From Macrostomum hystrix (Eukaryota; Animalia; Platyhelminthes): DNA of 64,000 nucleotides. The position numbers were made by a program, and so were the translations under genes. The notes under the pieces were generated by a model. That model made no database searches. It was given only the letters and a program-made list of their open reading frames with translations, and was not told the origin of the DNA. Positions 23,714-34,416 of the stretch are shown here, piece by piece (positions within the stretch are counted from its first letter, which is position 1; each line of letters opens with the position of its first letter). Location of the stretch: positions 1,364,001-1,428,000 of the forward strand of contig CATNEN010000024.1 in the NCBI GenBank assembly GCA_950097015.1. Direction: 5' to 3'.

Positions 23714-24698
23714 TTGATATCATAATTATGTGAAATTTATCTAGCTACATCACCTGTTATATATGTGGATCATCTGCCACTTCTGCGCCTAACCTAGGCA
23801 GCTATGCGAACGGACTTCTAGCCTTGTTTATTTCAATCAGTTTTTTGGGCCCCTTTTTGCTGTAGCTTTTTGCTGTAATTTTCGTTTGTGTTTTCGTTGC
23901 TAACAGTGTGGCTCAGAAATACTGTAATTATTTGTGCAGGTATTCGTCAATTTAATGTAGCAAACGGGGCCACTGAGGCCCCACTAATTAGCTACTCTTC
24001 TTTTGGCGCTTTCATGACACAAGAGTAACAGACCTGTAGCGGCATAGATAGGTAACTGCAACTTTCACGTGGACTGATACTGTGAAGCCTGACTCTCTTT
24101 AATGATTGCTGCTATGTAGGGAGGATCTGTAATGTAGGGATCTGAAGGTCTCTCTTATCCCCTAGGTGTCTTTCATGCGGGCCCGGCTTAGCAGACTTAG
24201 GAGCAATGTCCGCCTGCTCCTCTGCCTGAGACGCTGTCTCTGGTCTGGGGGGTGTCTTCGAGCCGCATTGATGCTCGCTCAACCTGCTAATTAACCTGCC
24301 GAGTCTGCTGCTTCTTCTCTATCTCAGTCTCTTCTATTTAGAGTCGCCATGTCGCTCTCCTTGTCTTTCCCCCCCCTTACTCCCTCTCATTCGCCAGCAC
24401 TGATTGGACGCTCTGCATTTGGTTAAATAAGTTTTGACCGCCAGACATAATAATGAAGGCAGTGGAGATGAAGAATACTTTTTTGTATCTTTTTCTGTCT
24501 TATCAAATATCGGCTGCTTCTCTGGTGCTCTACAGTGTTCCGATTATTTTTACCTCTGTTCTTGCGTCTGTAAGTTTGTACTCGTATTAGCGGTCATTTG
24601 AGATGTGATTCTGCTGCATCGCAACATTGGCAACTCCAAACTTATCCAAACTACAGGCCATCTGACAAATTTTTCCTGACAGCGTTCCGCTGGTCACC

Positions 24699-25382
24699 GT
24701 GGCAACGGAAGCCACCGCCACCGCCGGCCCCGGCTGTCCGGCCAGCCCGCCGCTGATGCCACCGAAGCGTCAGTGCCGCTCTTTGTCGCTACGCAGCGGC
24801 CAGACTCTGGTCCGGCCCGTGCCGCTTCGACCGGCCTGTCAGCGGCTGGCCGCCGGCCTCGACGCCATCAGCCTCGCCTCGTCGCTTCCCGCCAGGCGTC
24901 GCCGAACGCCGAGCGGCAGCAGCGGCAGCGGCGCCGGCAGCGTCGGGACGACATCCGGTGGTGTCCGGCCTAGCGCCTCAGACACTCAACTGAGCGACTC
25001 CACGGAGGAGGCCATCGCCAACGCCGCGGCCGCCAGCGCAACCGCCCGCCTCCAGGCGGAGCTGCATCCACTGCCCAGCACCGGGCGCAGCTTCCTGGTC
25101 GGCCTGCCACGCATCGCCGACAGTTCACTGCCGGCAACGCCGACAACTCCAGCGGCCGCCACAAGCGCCGCTGTTGTGGGCAGCTTCGGCTACTTCGGCT
25201 GCGGCGATGCCGGCAGCGGAGCCGGTCTAGCTGGTCGGGAGTCGCCGACATCTTGGTCAGATCGGGCGCCGTCCGAGAGCAGCTGCGGAGGTGGCGAAGA
25301 ATCGCTCGACTGTGTCAGTCGCGGTGATAGAGACGTGGCCGGAGGTGAACTGGATGTCGATCAGATCGAGCAGGATCTGTAG
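24699..25382 (+). CDS. FAM53: FAM53-family (Simplet-like) protein; terminal exon or single coding exon (first ATG at 24756, acceptor at 24682)
   Basis: Motif PPKRQCRSLS and C-terminal ELDVDQIEQ match the conserved FAM53 motifs (P.KR.CRSLS and LD.EQIE). The region between is Ser/Ala/Pro-rich and probably disordered. Confidence 0.65.
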   Translation: MATEATATAGPGCPASPPLMPPKRQCRSLSLRSGQTLVRPVPLRPACQRLAAGLDAISLASSLPARRRRTPSGSSGSGAGSVGTTSGGVRPSASDTQLSDSTEEAIANAAAASATARLQAELHPLPSTGRSFLVGLPRIADSSLPATPTTPAAATSAAVVGSFGYFGCGDAGSGAGLAGRESPTSWSDRAPSESSCGGGEESLDCVSRGDRDVAGGELDVDQIEQDL

Positions 25383-27322
25383 CTGTTGTCTCATTGTTTT
25401 TCTCTTGCGTTTTTTGTTGTGTTGTTTGTTTTTCACAATCATCCTACTGGCAAATTTCGCGTACAATTAGCTCATTTTCGAGCTTAACTAGCTTTTTTAG
25501 ATGCCTGGAATTTTGATTATAGTTTAGAAAGCTTTTAGATTCCAGATTTTAAAATCCTAGTCCGTAAGTGATTGAGGCGAAATGAATCTTTCTATTGTTC
25601 ACTTTAGCCAATCAGTTTATATAAGCAAGGAATTTTGCTCCTATGATGGCATGTCGCTTTGAAATTCCGGCTTGCCCTCAGATGTTTTTGTGGAGTCTTC
25701 AATTTGCTTGATCAGATTTTTCTCAGACTTGTGCCGCAATTCCATGAGCTGTCAGTGGGCTTTCTTTGTGCTCGCTAATTACTTTCTCTGGTAGTCTTTT
25801 AATTTGCTAATTTAAGCCTATAGCCTACCAATGGCCAAGTTCGGGTCACATTTATGTATTGTTTAAGTCTCAAACAACCGCTCTGCTTGTTTTCTAGCTT
25901 AGATTGACCATTTCTTTTGCTTTCTCTCTCCCATCCCGCCTCTTGTTGATGACTATTGTTGTTATTTAGTTATTTATGTGTCGCAATTTATCCCTCTAAT
26001 TGATTTAAGTCTACCTGTACTCGACTGATGATGCACGTTCCAGTGAAGCAGAACTCTCCGGCTGCTGCATTTCAATCCGCTCTCATTGTCATTTTCCTAG
26101 CAGCTTTATACCTGTTGTTCTGCGCGTTTAGGCCTTAGTCTAACTAAGACTTATTGTTTTCGTTTGTTTGTCAAGGTTAAAAGAAAAGAAGGCGGCGTTT
26201 TTTCCCTTTGTGGCTACTCGCAGTAGCGTGACGCAGCTATGCCCGTATTGTGTGCAATTGTTTGTCAATTTTTCGTTATTTTCGTTTTCTCAGCTACGAT
26301 CGGGAATTTCGGTAGCAAGTGACAGCCTACCGAATAGCTCCCTGATTGCTGCAACTGCTCGCAATGTCAGGGCAAAGAGCTAAGCCATGTCGAGTTTTAT
26401 CAATTATTCCATCATTCATTTCCAATCCCATTAAAAAGATATCCCCATCCTCATACTTTATTTTCCGACTCAGGGACTTTCATTTCGAGAAATTTATTCA
26501 CATGCCTCAACGAGGTAAACATCACATCCTCTTGCTTGCGTTCTAAAATTATCCCTTTGCACAAATATCCTATCTGTAGAATCAAGTACTTCTAGAAATA
26601 ACCTGTGTAATTTCTTGTGTCTCTGAAACACAAAGTATCTGTTCTATCTTATCTTAAATTTCTTCCATTTTCCAATATCCCTATAAGAAATTTCCTATGC
26701 GCAAACATCCCATCTTCAGGGATCTCACATTAAAATATCTCATCATTAAAGCAACATTTTTGTCTAATCTGTCCATCAATGTCCCCCAGCCTTTCACGTT
26801 AGCGAGTCCATACATCATTAATTAATAAACACCTTTTCTGTTTTTTAGAACTGTAAGATCTCCAGAGATTCTATATTACTCAATGCTCCAGCAGGTACTA
26901 ATGGCAAAATAGTTGCTGATTTGTGTGCTTACCTATTGTGTTTGTTCCTGTTACCTCCTCGTCATTATAGTTGTGATTACCATTTCTTAGGTCTCTAGTG
27001 TTCGTTTTTGTATTTAATGAGTTTTGTTTATTTGATCTAGTATTTGTACCGCCTGAGCTATTTGGCAATACCATATTATAGTTAAACGGAGATTCTCTGT
27101 TTTGCTTAGTAAATCCAACACAAATAAATAAGCTGTTGCTCTAGCAGTACTCTTGTTGACTCTGTCGCCCCATTTTTGTGGCAGTTTCATTTTCATAATA
27201 CGGCAGAATAAAAGTGACTTCTCTATTTTGCTCTCAGAGCTTTAGTCAGTCCTTCACACTGAGCGGGCTGGCAACTATGGGTCAAGTGGGTCGGCGACCG
27301 TCTCTATATTATCATAAACTGG

Positions 27323-27631
27323 GTGGCGCAACCATTCAGTGATTTTCACTCCCGAGTTATGGACCAGATGGCCAGCCTGCTCCCCTCTGAGCAGCCAGCT
27401 GAATGCCTGCGTGTGTATTTTTCCGTGACTCCAGAACTAAAAAAACACTTTCCAATCTTAGCATTGCTTTGGTTGCCAAGGCGGCCCTTAGTCCCCACAA
27501 TTAGCGCCGCAGTTGACCAGATTGCACCTGAGCTCCGGCTACGATGCAAAATGGAAAGTTGTGAGTTAACTCATACTCGACCCAACTGTTATCCCACCTT
27601 CCCCCACTGTCCTTCTGACCGCCTCCTGTGA
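27323..27631 (+). pseudogene. Possible relic of a hAT transposase C-terminal dimerisation domain
   Basis: KKHFPILALLWLPRRPLVPTISAAVDQ resembles the hAT dimerisation consensus (FP.LA.LA...L.VP.TSA..ER). The match is short and degenerate. Confidence 0.3.
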
Positions 27632-28117
27632 TCTTTTTGTCTCCTAGCCGCTCAACTCAACAGGCGGTCGCGAAAGCCGAATGAAAGTTTCGAAAATTTG
27701 CCCTTAGGCGCAAAATGAATGCAAGGTAGGAATTAACTGATTAAGGTTGGCGGCTGTTCGCGATTAATGAAGCGTTCTAAACTTACCTCGTCTTCATCGT
27801 TCATTGCGCTTTTGCCTTTTAGTTATTTTAGAAAGAAGCTTACAGAGAAATGTGACTCTCCTAACAGCTTATTGTTTTATTGTGACCTTTGAGTCGTTCG
27901 ACTGAGCTTGCTTTTTTATCTTTCACAAAGCAAGCAAGAAAGGAATAATAGGAGGAAGATTGTTCCTGTTCCGCTTGTTTGATTTTAGAACTCGATCTCA
28001 AATGTGAGTAATTTAATTGTACGCTGAGTACTTGATTACAGACTTCCACGCGGTGATTATTGGGGATTTGAAGTGGCGTCACTGCCTACAACTGAGCTGA
28101 AATTTACAGGCCTGACA

Positions 28118-28490
28118 CATTTCTTGATATCTACAGACATTTCTTGATATCTACAGACCTTCCCTGATATCTACAGACATTTCTTGATATCGACAGGCAT
28201 TTCTTGATATCGATAGGCATTTCTTGATATCTAAACACAAGTATCTACAGACCTTCCCTGATATCTATAGACCTTTCCTGATATCTACAGACATTTATTG
28301 ATATCTACAGACATTTTTTATATCGACAGACATTTCTTGATATCGACAGACATTCCCTGATATCTACAGACCTTTCTCGATATCTACAGACCTCTTGATA
28401 TCTATGGACCCTCTTGATATCTACAGACCATTTTATATATCTACTGACCTTTCTTGATATCTATAGACATTACTAGATATCTATATGCAG
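28118..28490. repeat. 20-bp minisatellite (TCTACAGACATTTCTTGATA)n, degenerate copy
   Basis: Same consensus as 32813..33600. Confidence 0.92.
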
Positions 28491-29889
28491 TTATTGAAAA
28501 CTGAATTTTTTAGAACAGACATTTTGTTGAGCGGGTTGGAGATATACAGGTTGAGTATATCTACAGGTTGAATATCTAAAGTTGTTTAAGCTTTAAGTGG
28601 TCAACTCATCCTTATGATTTATTACTAGCAAAATGTCAGGGTACCCAGGAAGTAAGTCAAAGTAAAAATATATGTGCCAAAGTGTGAATAAGGATCGAAA
28701 TTCGATCTATTAGTAAATGAGCAGTCACAAATGGAAGCAAATGACAGTTCGTGTGTTATAATTCAATGGTGTGACGCGTTTCGCGTGAAAGAACTGACAA
28801 AGATGGGTGTGGCACCTCAAGTCGGTGTCAATTCCTCCACTGCACAGACCTGTCAGTGTGAGTTGGCCTGAATAGTTGGGCTCTAGAATCTACTATTGAA
28901 GCGGAAATGGTGCATGCTCAAGCCACTGAGCCTTGCTAAAGTGCCACTGCAGAAAGAACAAACTCTACAATTTAGGCGACCTTTTTATGGCATGCGTGAT
29001 TGCCTTTTACCTGCCAAAAAATACAACCTACTGCTCAATACTTGCTGCCAATGCAAATAGAGCAATTTACCTTTGAACTGTTGTCCTGAATTGATTTTTT
29101 ATTTCAAATCAGTCTTGTCTTATCTACACTGGGGATCTTAAAGCATTAAATGCAATGAGGATCAAACTGATTGGGAGAATATGTCTTTACATGGGAATGC
29201 CAAAGCGGATTACAGGGGTGCACATCCCCAAGTCCCAGTGATGCAACAGAGACCGCGAAGGCTTCGATGAGGCAACGGGAAATTCATAATAAACCCTGAT
29301 AGATTCATAATAAAGTGAAGTGGTTTGAGCACAAAACAGCTCAAAACAGAGTATACAAACTGTCATTAAAACTTCAGACTTCGGCAATTAATACCTATGG
29401 CCTGTTATCTTTCAGGCCCTACAAACGGTTGCGTAATTGCCTAAAGTATTTGTGCAAACAGCTTGCAATTGATATTTGAAGTGGCTCATGTTACTAAACT
29501 TTGTATTTAAGATCAGCCATATATCTTTTATATGCTGCTCAAAGCTTACTACAGCCCAGTATCTATCTACATCTCATTGATCCTTTTTGCTTAACTCAAC
29601 ATGCACAACTGCTCAAGAAAGGAAAACAAAAGCACCAAATGATTTGACTTGATAATCGATAATCATCTTATTTACACTTTCATCATGACGCAAATTATTT
29701 ATTTACAGAAATGCAACGCATACTACCACTGGATGTACAAGAAATGTAAATGTTAGTTTAATTTTATATGTACATTATTTTACTCGTATCACAGAGTCGC
29801 TTATCGCAAAACAGATTACTAAATAAAAACTTCGCAAGCATATATTTACAAAGCCGCATAACTTTCTATGCAATTTGACCTCTAAATGT

Positions 29890-29997
29890 CTACCATGGCC
29901 TCCAGAGAGAATCAGCTTGAGACCTTTTCGAGTCACTTTTCTTCTGGTGTTCAATGCCTGCCTGTCGACTGTTGCCAATCTCTGCCAAGGCTGGCCG

Positions 29998-30031
<34 letters not shown>

Positions 30032-30375
30032 CCCACGGGCCTCGCTCCCAGGTAGGCCAGCGTCATCTCTAAGATGTCCAATTTTTCCAGCTTCTGCGCC
30101 CGAGCCGGCGACATGCCCTGGCCGAGTTCGCTGGACAGCAGCACTGACTTCAGCTGCTCCAGGCAGGCGTTGATGCGGGCTCGGCGCTTCCGCTCCATCA
30201 GCTGCTTGGCGACCTTGCGGCCCGGGCCCTGCAGCAGTTGGGAATCCTCCTCGACGTCAACGATAGCGTCGGTCGGTTGAGCTTCGACTGACTTCCTTCG
30301 CCGATGCCGCCTTCGCTGCTGCTCTTTAGCCAGCTGCTGCTGATCAACAATGCCGGATGCCGAATAGGTCGACAT
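29890..30375 (-). CDS. Hairy/Enhancer-of-split bHLH repressor, intronless, C-terminal WRPW
   Basis: RKVAKQLMERKRRARINACLEQLK...KLEKLDILEMTLAYL (HES bHLH) and terminal WRPW-stop (Groucho/TLE-binding motif). Confidence 0.93.
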
Positions 30376-30479
30376 GATTCTTCTAGATGTTGAAGTGATT
30401 TAAAAAGTATTAGGTATAGTAATTGTTATTGATGTAGCGAAAGTGTGGCAATGAGATTCCAGACTCGATTTGAAGTGCT

Positions 30480-31160
30480 ATTTATAAGATTCGGACCCCC
30501 AAGACGTCAACCCAATGCGCTGCCAGGGTTTGCGCCTTCATTTCAGGCCTCTCAGCCAATGAGAAGAGAGCGACTGCCGACTGTGGCGGGCCCGGCCCCT
30601 CCCCCACCCATACCCGCCCGTGCGCCTTGGGTGTTGCGTCACCAGTCTCACCCCAGTGGACGGAGGCGGAACATTGCATTTCTCACCCCAGTCCTGGCAA
30701 TTTTCAATGGACTTCCTTAGCCTGAAGGCTTTGCAATGGTCCAACACGGGGTTCGGGGTGTGACTGTGAGGAAGTCGCGATCGTGTCAGCGCCTGCAACA
30801 CCTATCCATGATCCTGCGCCTGTGGGTGTTTTGTTTTCAATTACACCTTTGGAGTGATGGCCCAAACTAACTGCTGTTTTGAAGCTCAATACAGCCAAAC
30901 ACGCGCGCCTTAATTGGCATGATCACACTAGGTGTCCCGCGGGGGATAGAGGGGATTAATAGTCAGCTTGAGGGAGAGAATCTGCAGGAATAAGAAGTGT
31001 CGCCTCGTCAATCAGCTCTGCGATCATTGTGGGGGTGTTCCTACGAATTCAAAGCTGGAATTATCGGGGTGGCCGAAATACTTATTGTATACGTTTTTTG
31101 TTCCTCTTTTATCCTTAAATTGAGGCCTTCCATTTGGGCCGTGCTTTCAACGATTCCCAC
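30480..31160 (-). promoter_or_regulatory. Putative HES promoter: TATA, CCAAT and GC boxes, two CSL/Su(H) sites, class-C and N-box motifs
   Basis: TATAAAT (minus, 30486-30480); CCAAT at 30512 and 30557; GC-rich 30585-30610; GTGAGAA (minus, 30680-30686); GTGGGAA (minus, 31154-31160); CACGCG 30900-30905; CACTAG 30926-30931. Confidence 0.55.
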
Positions 31161-31311
31161 TGTCTCATTGTGAATATTTATAAACGAGGAGGTGGCCTTT
31201 CATGTAGGTCTCTCGAAATTTCAGAGGCAGAGCCAGACTTATGGGCACAGCCTTCCAAAGGCTGCGTACAGCTGTTCAGTCCGCCACACTAACACGGAAT
31301 AGGGGAATGGA

Positions 31312-31408
31312 GTGACTTGCTTAAGGACACTAATTGTCTCCTGTGGGCTGATATTCGAACTCCCGACCTCTCGGTCAGAACTCCAAAGCTCTAACCACTG
31401 AGCAACAA
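31312..31408 (-). mobile_element. tRNA-derived SINE
   Basis: Minus strand reads gctcagtggttagagc...gggagttcgaata followed by the core gtgtccttaagcaagtcac. Confidence 0.65.
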
Positions 31409-32812
31409 TCTCCCTCAAGGACTCAAGTTTATTGCATCAATATTAAGTCTAATTTTAGCTTAATAAGTGTCCTGAATCACATTAGAAAACTCAGAGCACC
31501 CATGACCCAGTCTGTGACTAGTTTATGACCATTGAAGTCTTCATTACTCTGGATTCTAGACCAGAAATTTAAGGAAAAGTACGGGCTGTCTTATCATTAC
31601 ATTTTCATACCCAATATGACCATGACTTAATCATTGGTCAGTGCGGCAGTGACCCTATATCAGTGACTTGTTCGTGGCTCATTGATTTTCAACTGCTCAA
31701 TAAATGTCAGACCTTTGGCACTCTTGGTTCGATAAAAGTTATACGGAGACTGTCGGCACTTCTTTGATCTACTAGGCTAGCAAGTCCACACCAGGGCGTG
31801 TAAAGCTGCCTTCAATCCACTCTCACATTTAGCCTGTTGCGCTCAGCGAGAATCGCCAACAACCGCCTTTGATGTTGCCGCGAATCTAATACCAATGCAT
31901 GCAGCTTTGTAAAACAGTCAGTCCAATAACTTTACAATGTGATTTGGCATAACTATTAGCGCCTGAAACATAGGCAGCATACTGCAGTATTGGCGGTTAA
32001 CATCAAAGGGCTTAATTATTCTATAATCAGGCTTACCTTTCCTGTAAGGCCTCTAAAAGATAAAAATGAACGAATACTTTCGTTTAATTTATAGCAACAA
32101 CAGCCAATGATTGTTTACAGCGTGTTTTGAGAGTGAAGACTAAATGTTAAAAAGTAAGATTGCGTTTTGCTTTGCTAAAAACCAAAAACAGTTGTGTTTG
32201 CTGGCGTATAATTAGCATGATTTTCATTAACGGGCAGGTACATCCGCACGCATGCCATGTATGACGCAATACACCCACCGCAAGGTGCTTCGAAATGAAT
32301 GTGCATTGCGTAATTTTGGGCGAAAATGAAATTAGTTTTTTTATCCCAACTTTCTTTGCTCAGTGTGGCAATACAATAGATAGTCACGTGTTATGTCTAC
32401 CTGTCTGACATCTAGAAGGCTTGTTTGTATATTGCCTCGCCTCTGGTAGAAAAAACTATCCGAAATTGCATCAAGACAGCTTGTTTTGATGAGTCTGGGG
32501 TTCCGGTTGGCTAATCTTTGATTAGATGCAGGAAATGTTATTTAAAAATCGGTATTATTCATTTATTACTTCTGAATAGAGCTGTCAAATGTTAGCTAGA
32601 AGTATTTTATTGCTCTGCCAAAGAATCTTAAAATGTTGTTAAAGTTTTTTTAACACCTGCCCGAAAAGAGTCTTAATAAAAACTTATCTAAATCTGAATT
32701 TCCCGAAAGGTTGAGACTTGTGATAATCCGAAATTTCACGATAGCTCGTATTAATAATAAAAACAAAACCTGATATATTGAAAAGACAGGACAATTTCAC
32801 AAGCTTCGCTTC

Positions 32813-33600
32813 ATGTCTACAGACATTTCTTGACATCTACAGGCGTTTCTTGATATCTACAGGCGTTTCTTGATATCTACAGAAAATTCTTGATATCTAC
32901 AGACCTTTCTTGCCATCTACAGACATTTCTTGCTATCTACAGACCTTTCTTGCCATCTACAGACGTTTCTTGATATCTACAGACATTTCTTGATATCAAC
33001 AGACGTTTCTTGATATCAACAGACGTTTCTTGATATCTACAGACGTTTCTTGATATCTACAGAAAATTCTTGATATCTACAGACCTTTCTTGCCATCTAC
33101 GGACATTTCTTGCTATCTACAGACCTTTCTTGCCATCTACAGGCGTTTCTTGATATCAACAGGTGTTTCTTGATATCTAAAGAAGATTCTTGATATCTAC
33201 AGACCTTTCTTGCCATCTACAGACATTTCTTGCTATCTACAGACCTTTCTTGCCATCTACAGACGTTTCTTGATATCTACAGACATTTCTTGATATCAAC
33301 AGACGTTTCTTGATATCTACAGACATTATTTGATATCTACAGACATTATTTGATATCTACAGACATTATTTGATATCTACAGACATTATTTGATATCTAC
33401 AGACATTTTTGATATCTACAGACATTATTTGATATCTACAGACATTATTTGATATCTACAGACATTATTTGATATCTACAGACATTATTTGATATCTACA
33501 GACATTATTTTATATCTACAGACATTATTTGATATCTACAGACATTATTTTATATCTACAGACATTATTTTATATCTACAGACCTTTCGTCATGTCTAAA
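32813..33600. repeat. 20-bp minisatellite (TCTACAGACATTTCTTGATA)n; the distal half is homogenised to a CATTATTT variant
   Basis: Tandem units read directly; a duplicated block of variant units is visible (about 32860-33010 versus 33160-33310). Confidence 0.96.
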
Positions 33601-34416
33601 GACATTTATTGAGAACAGGCATTTGTTAAGATATACAAAACTTCAATGAGATCGAAAGACCCTACTTTATACGCTCGTATAATGTGCTTCGTAAGCAGAA
33701 ACCAGAAAAAAGTCGCTGCCTATTTAGCAACGCTTCCAAAAGCTGTGTACAGCTTTGTTTAGGCCATGGACTGGGATTTGGCAGCACCACCAAATTTCTA
33801 ACCATAGCCTATTCTGTAGTGCCTTGCTCAAGGTCGCAGAGATTTCCAGAGATTTGACATTCCGACGGGTGGCTTTGAAGTTCCGCCCAGACTTGAAACA
33901 AACTCGCCCTAGTCTTTGCAATGTTCCGTTTTTTTCTTTTATCTTACGGAATAACCCATAGGCATACACAGTGGGTGACATGACGCAATCTTTCAGTGAA
34001 AGGACTCCGACAAACAGGCTGGCTTCAGATCCACATCCTGGCTCTATTTAACTGTTTGATTTAGTGTTGAAATTCCACTCTCGTATTAAGGAGTTTTATC
34101 TTCTTAGAACTGAACTTCTTACAATAGAAATGCAATCAACTCAAGCAGCTCATGGACTCTGTTAGATGCTTTGTCAAACGATATCCTCTTATCACAGCTT
34201 ACAGCTACACAGCTTAACTTAACAGCTGGGCGCATGCTATCGCAGCGGCTTATCTTAAAACATTCTCCTGTAAAGATCCCATCCTGCTATTTGTTTTATT
34301 TTTATCTCCTGTTCGCCGCAATTCGACTGGATAGCCAAATAGCCAGCAAGAAAACGCTTGTACTGTGTGTGACAACATACGAGGAGATGATGAGAAAAGA
34401 AGAGAATAATATCATG

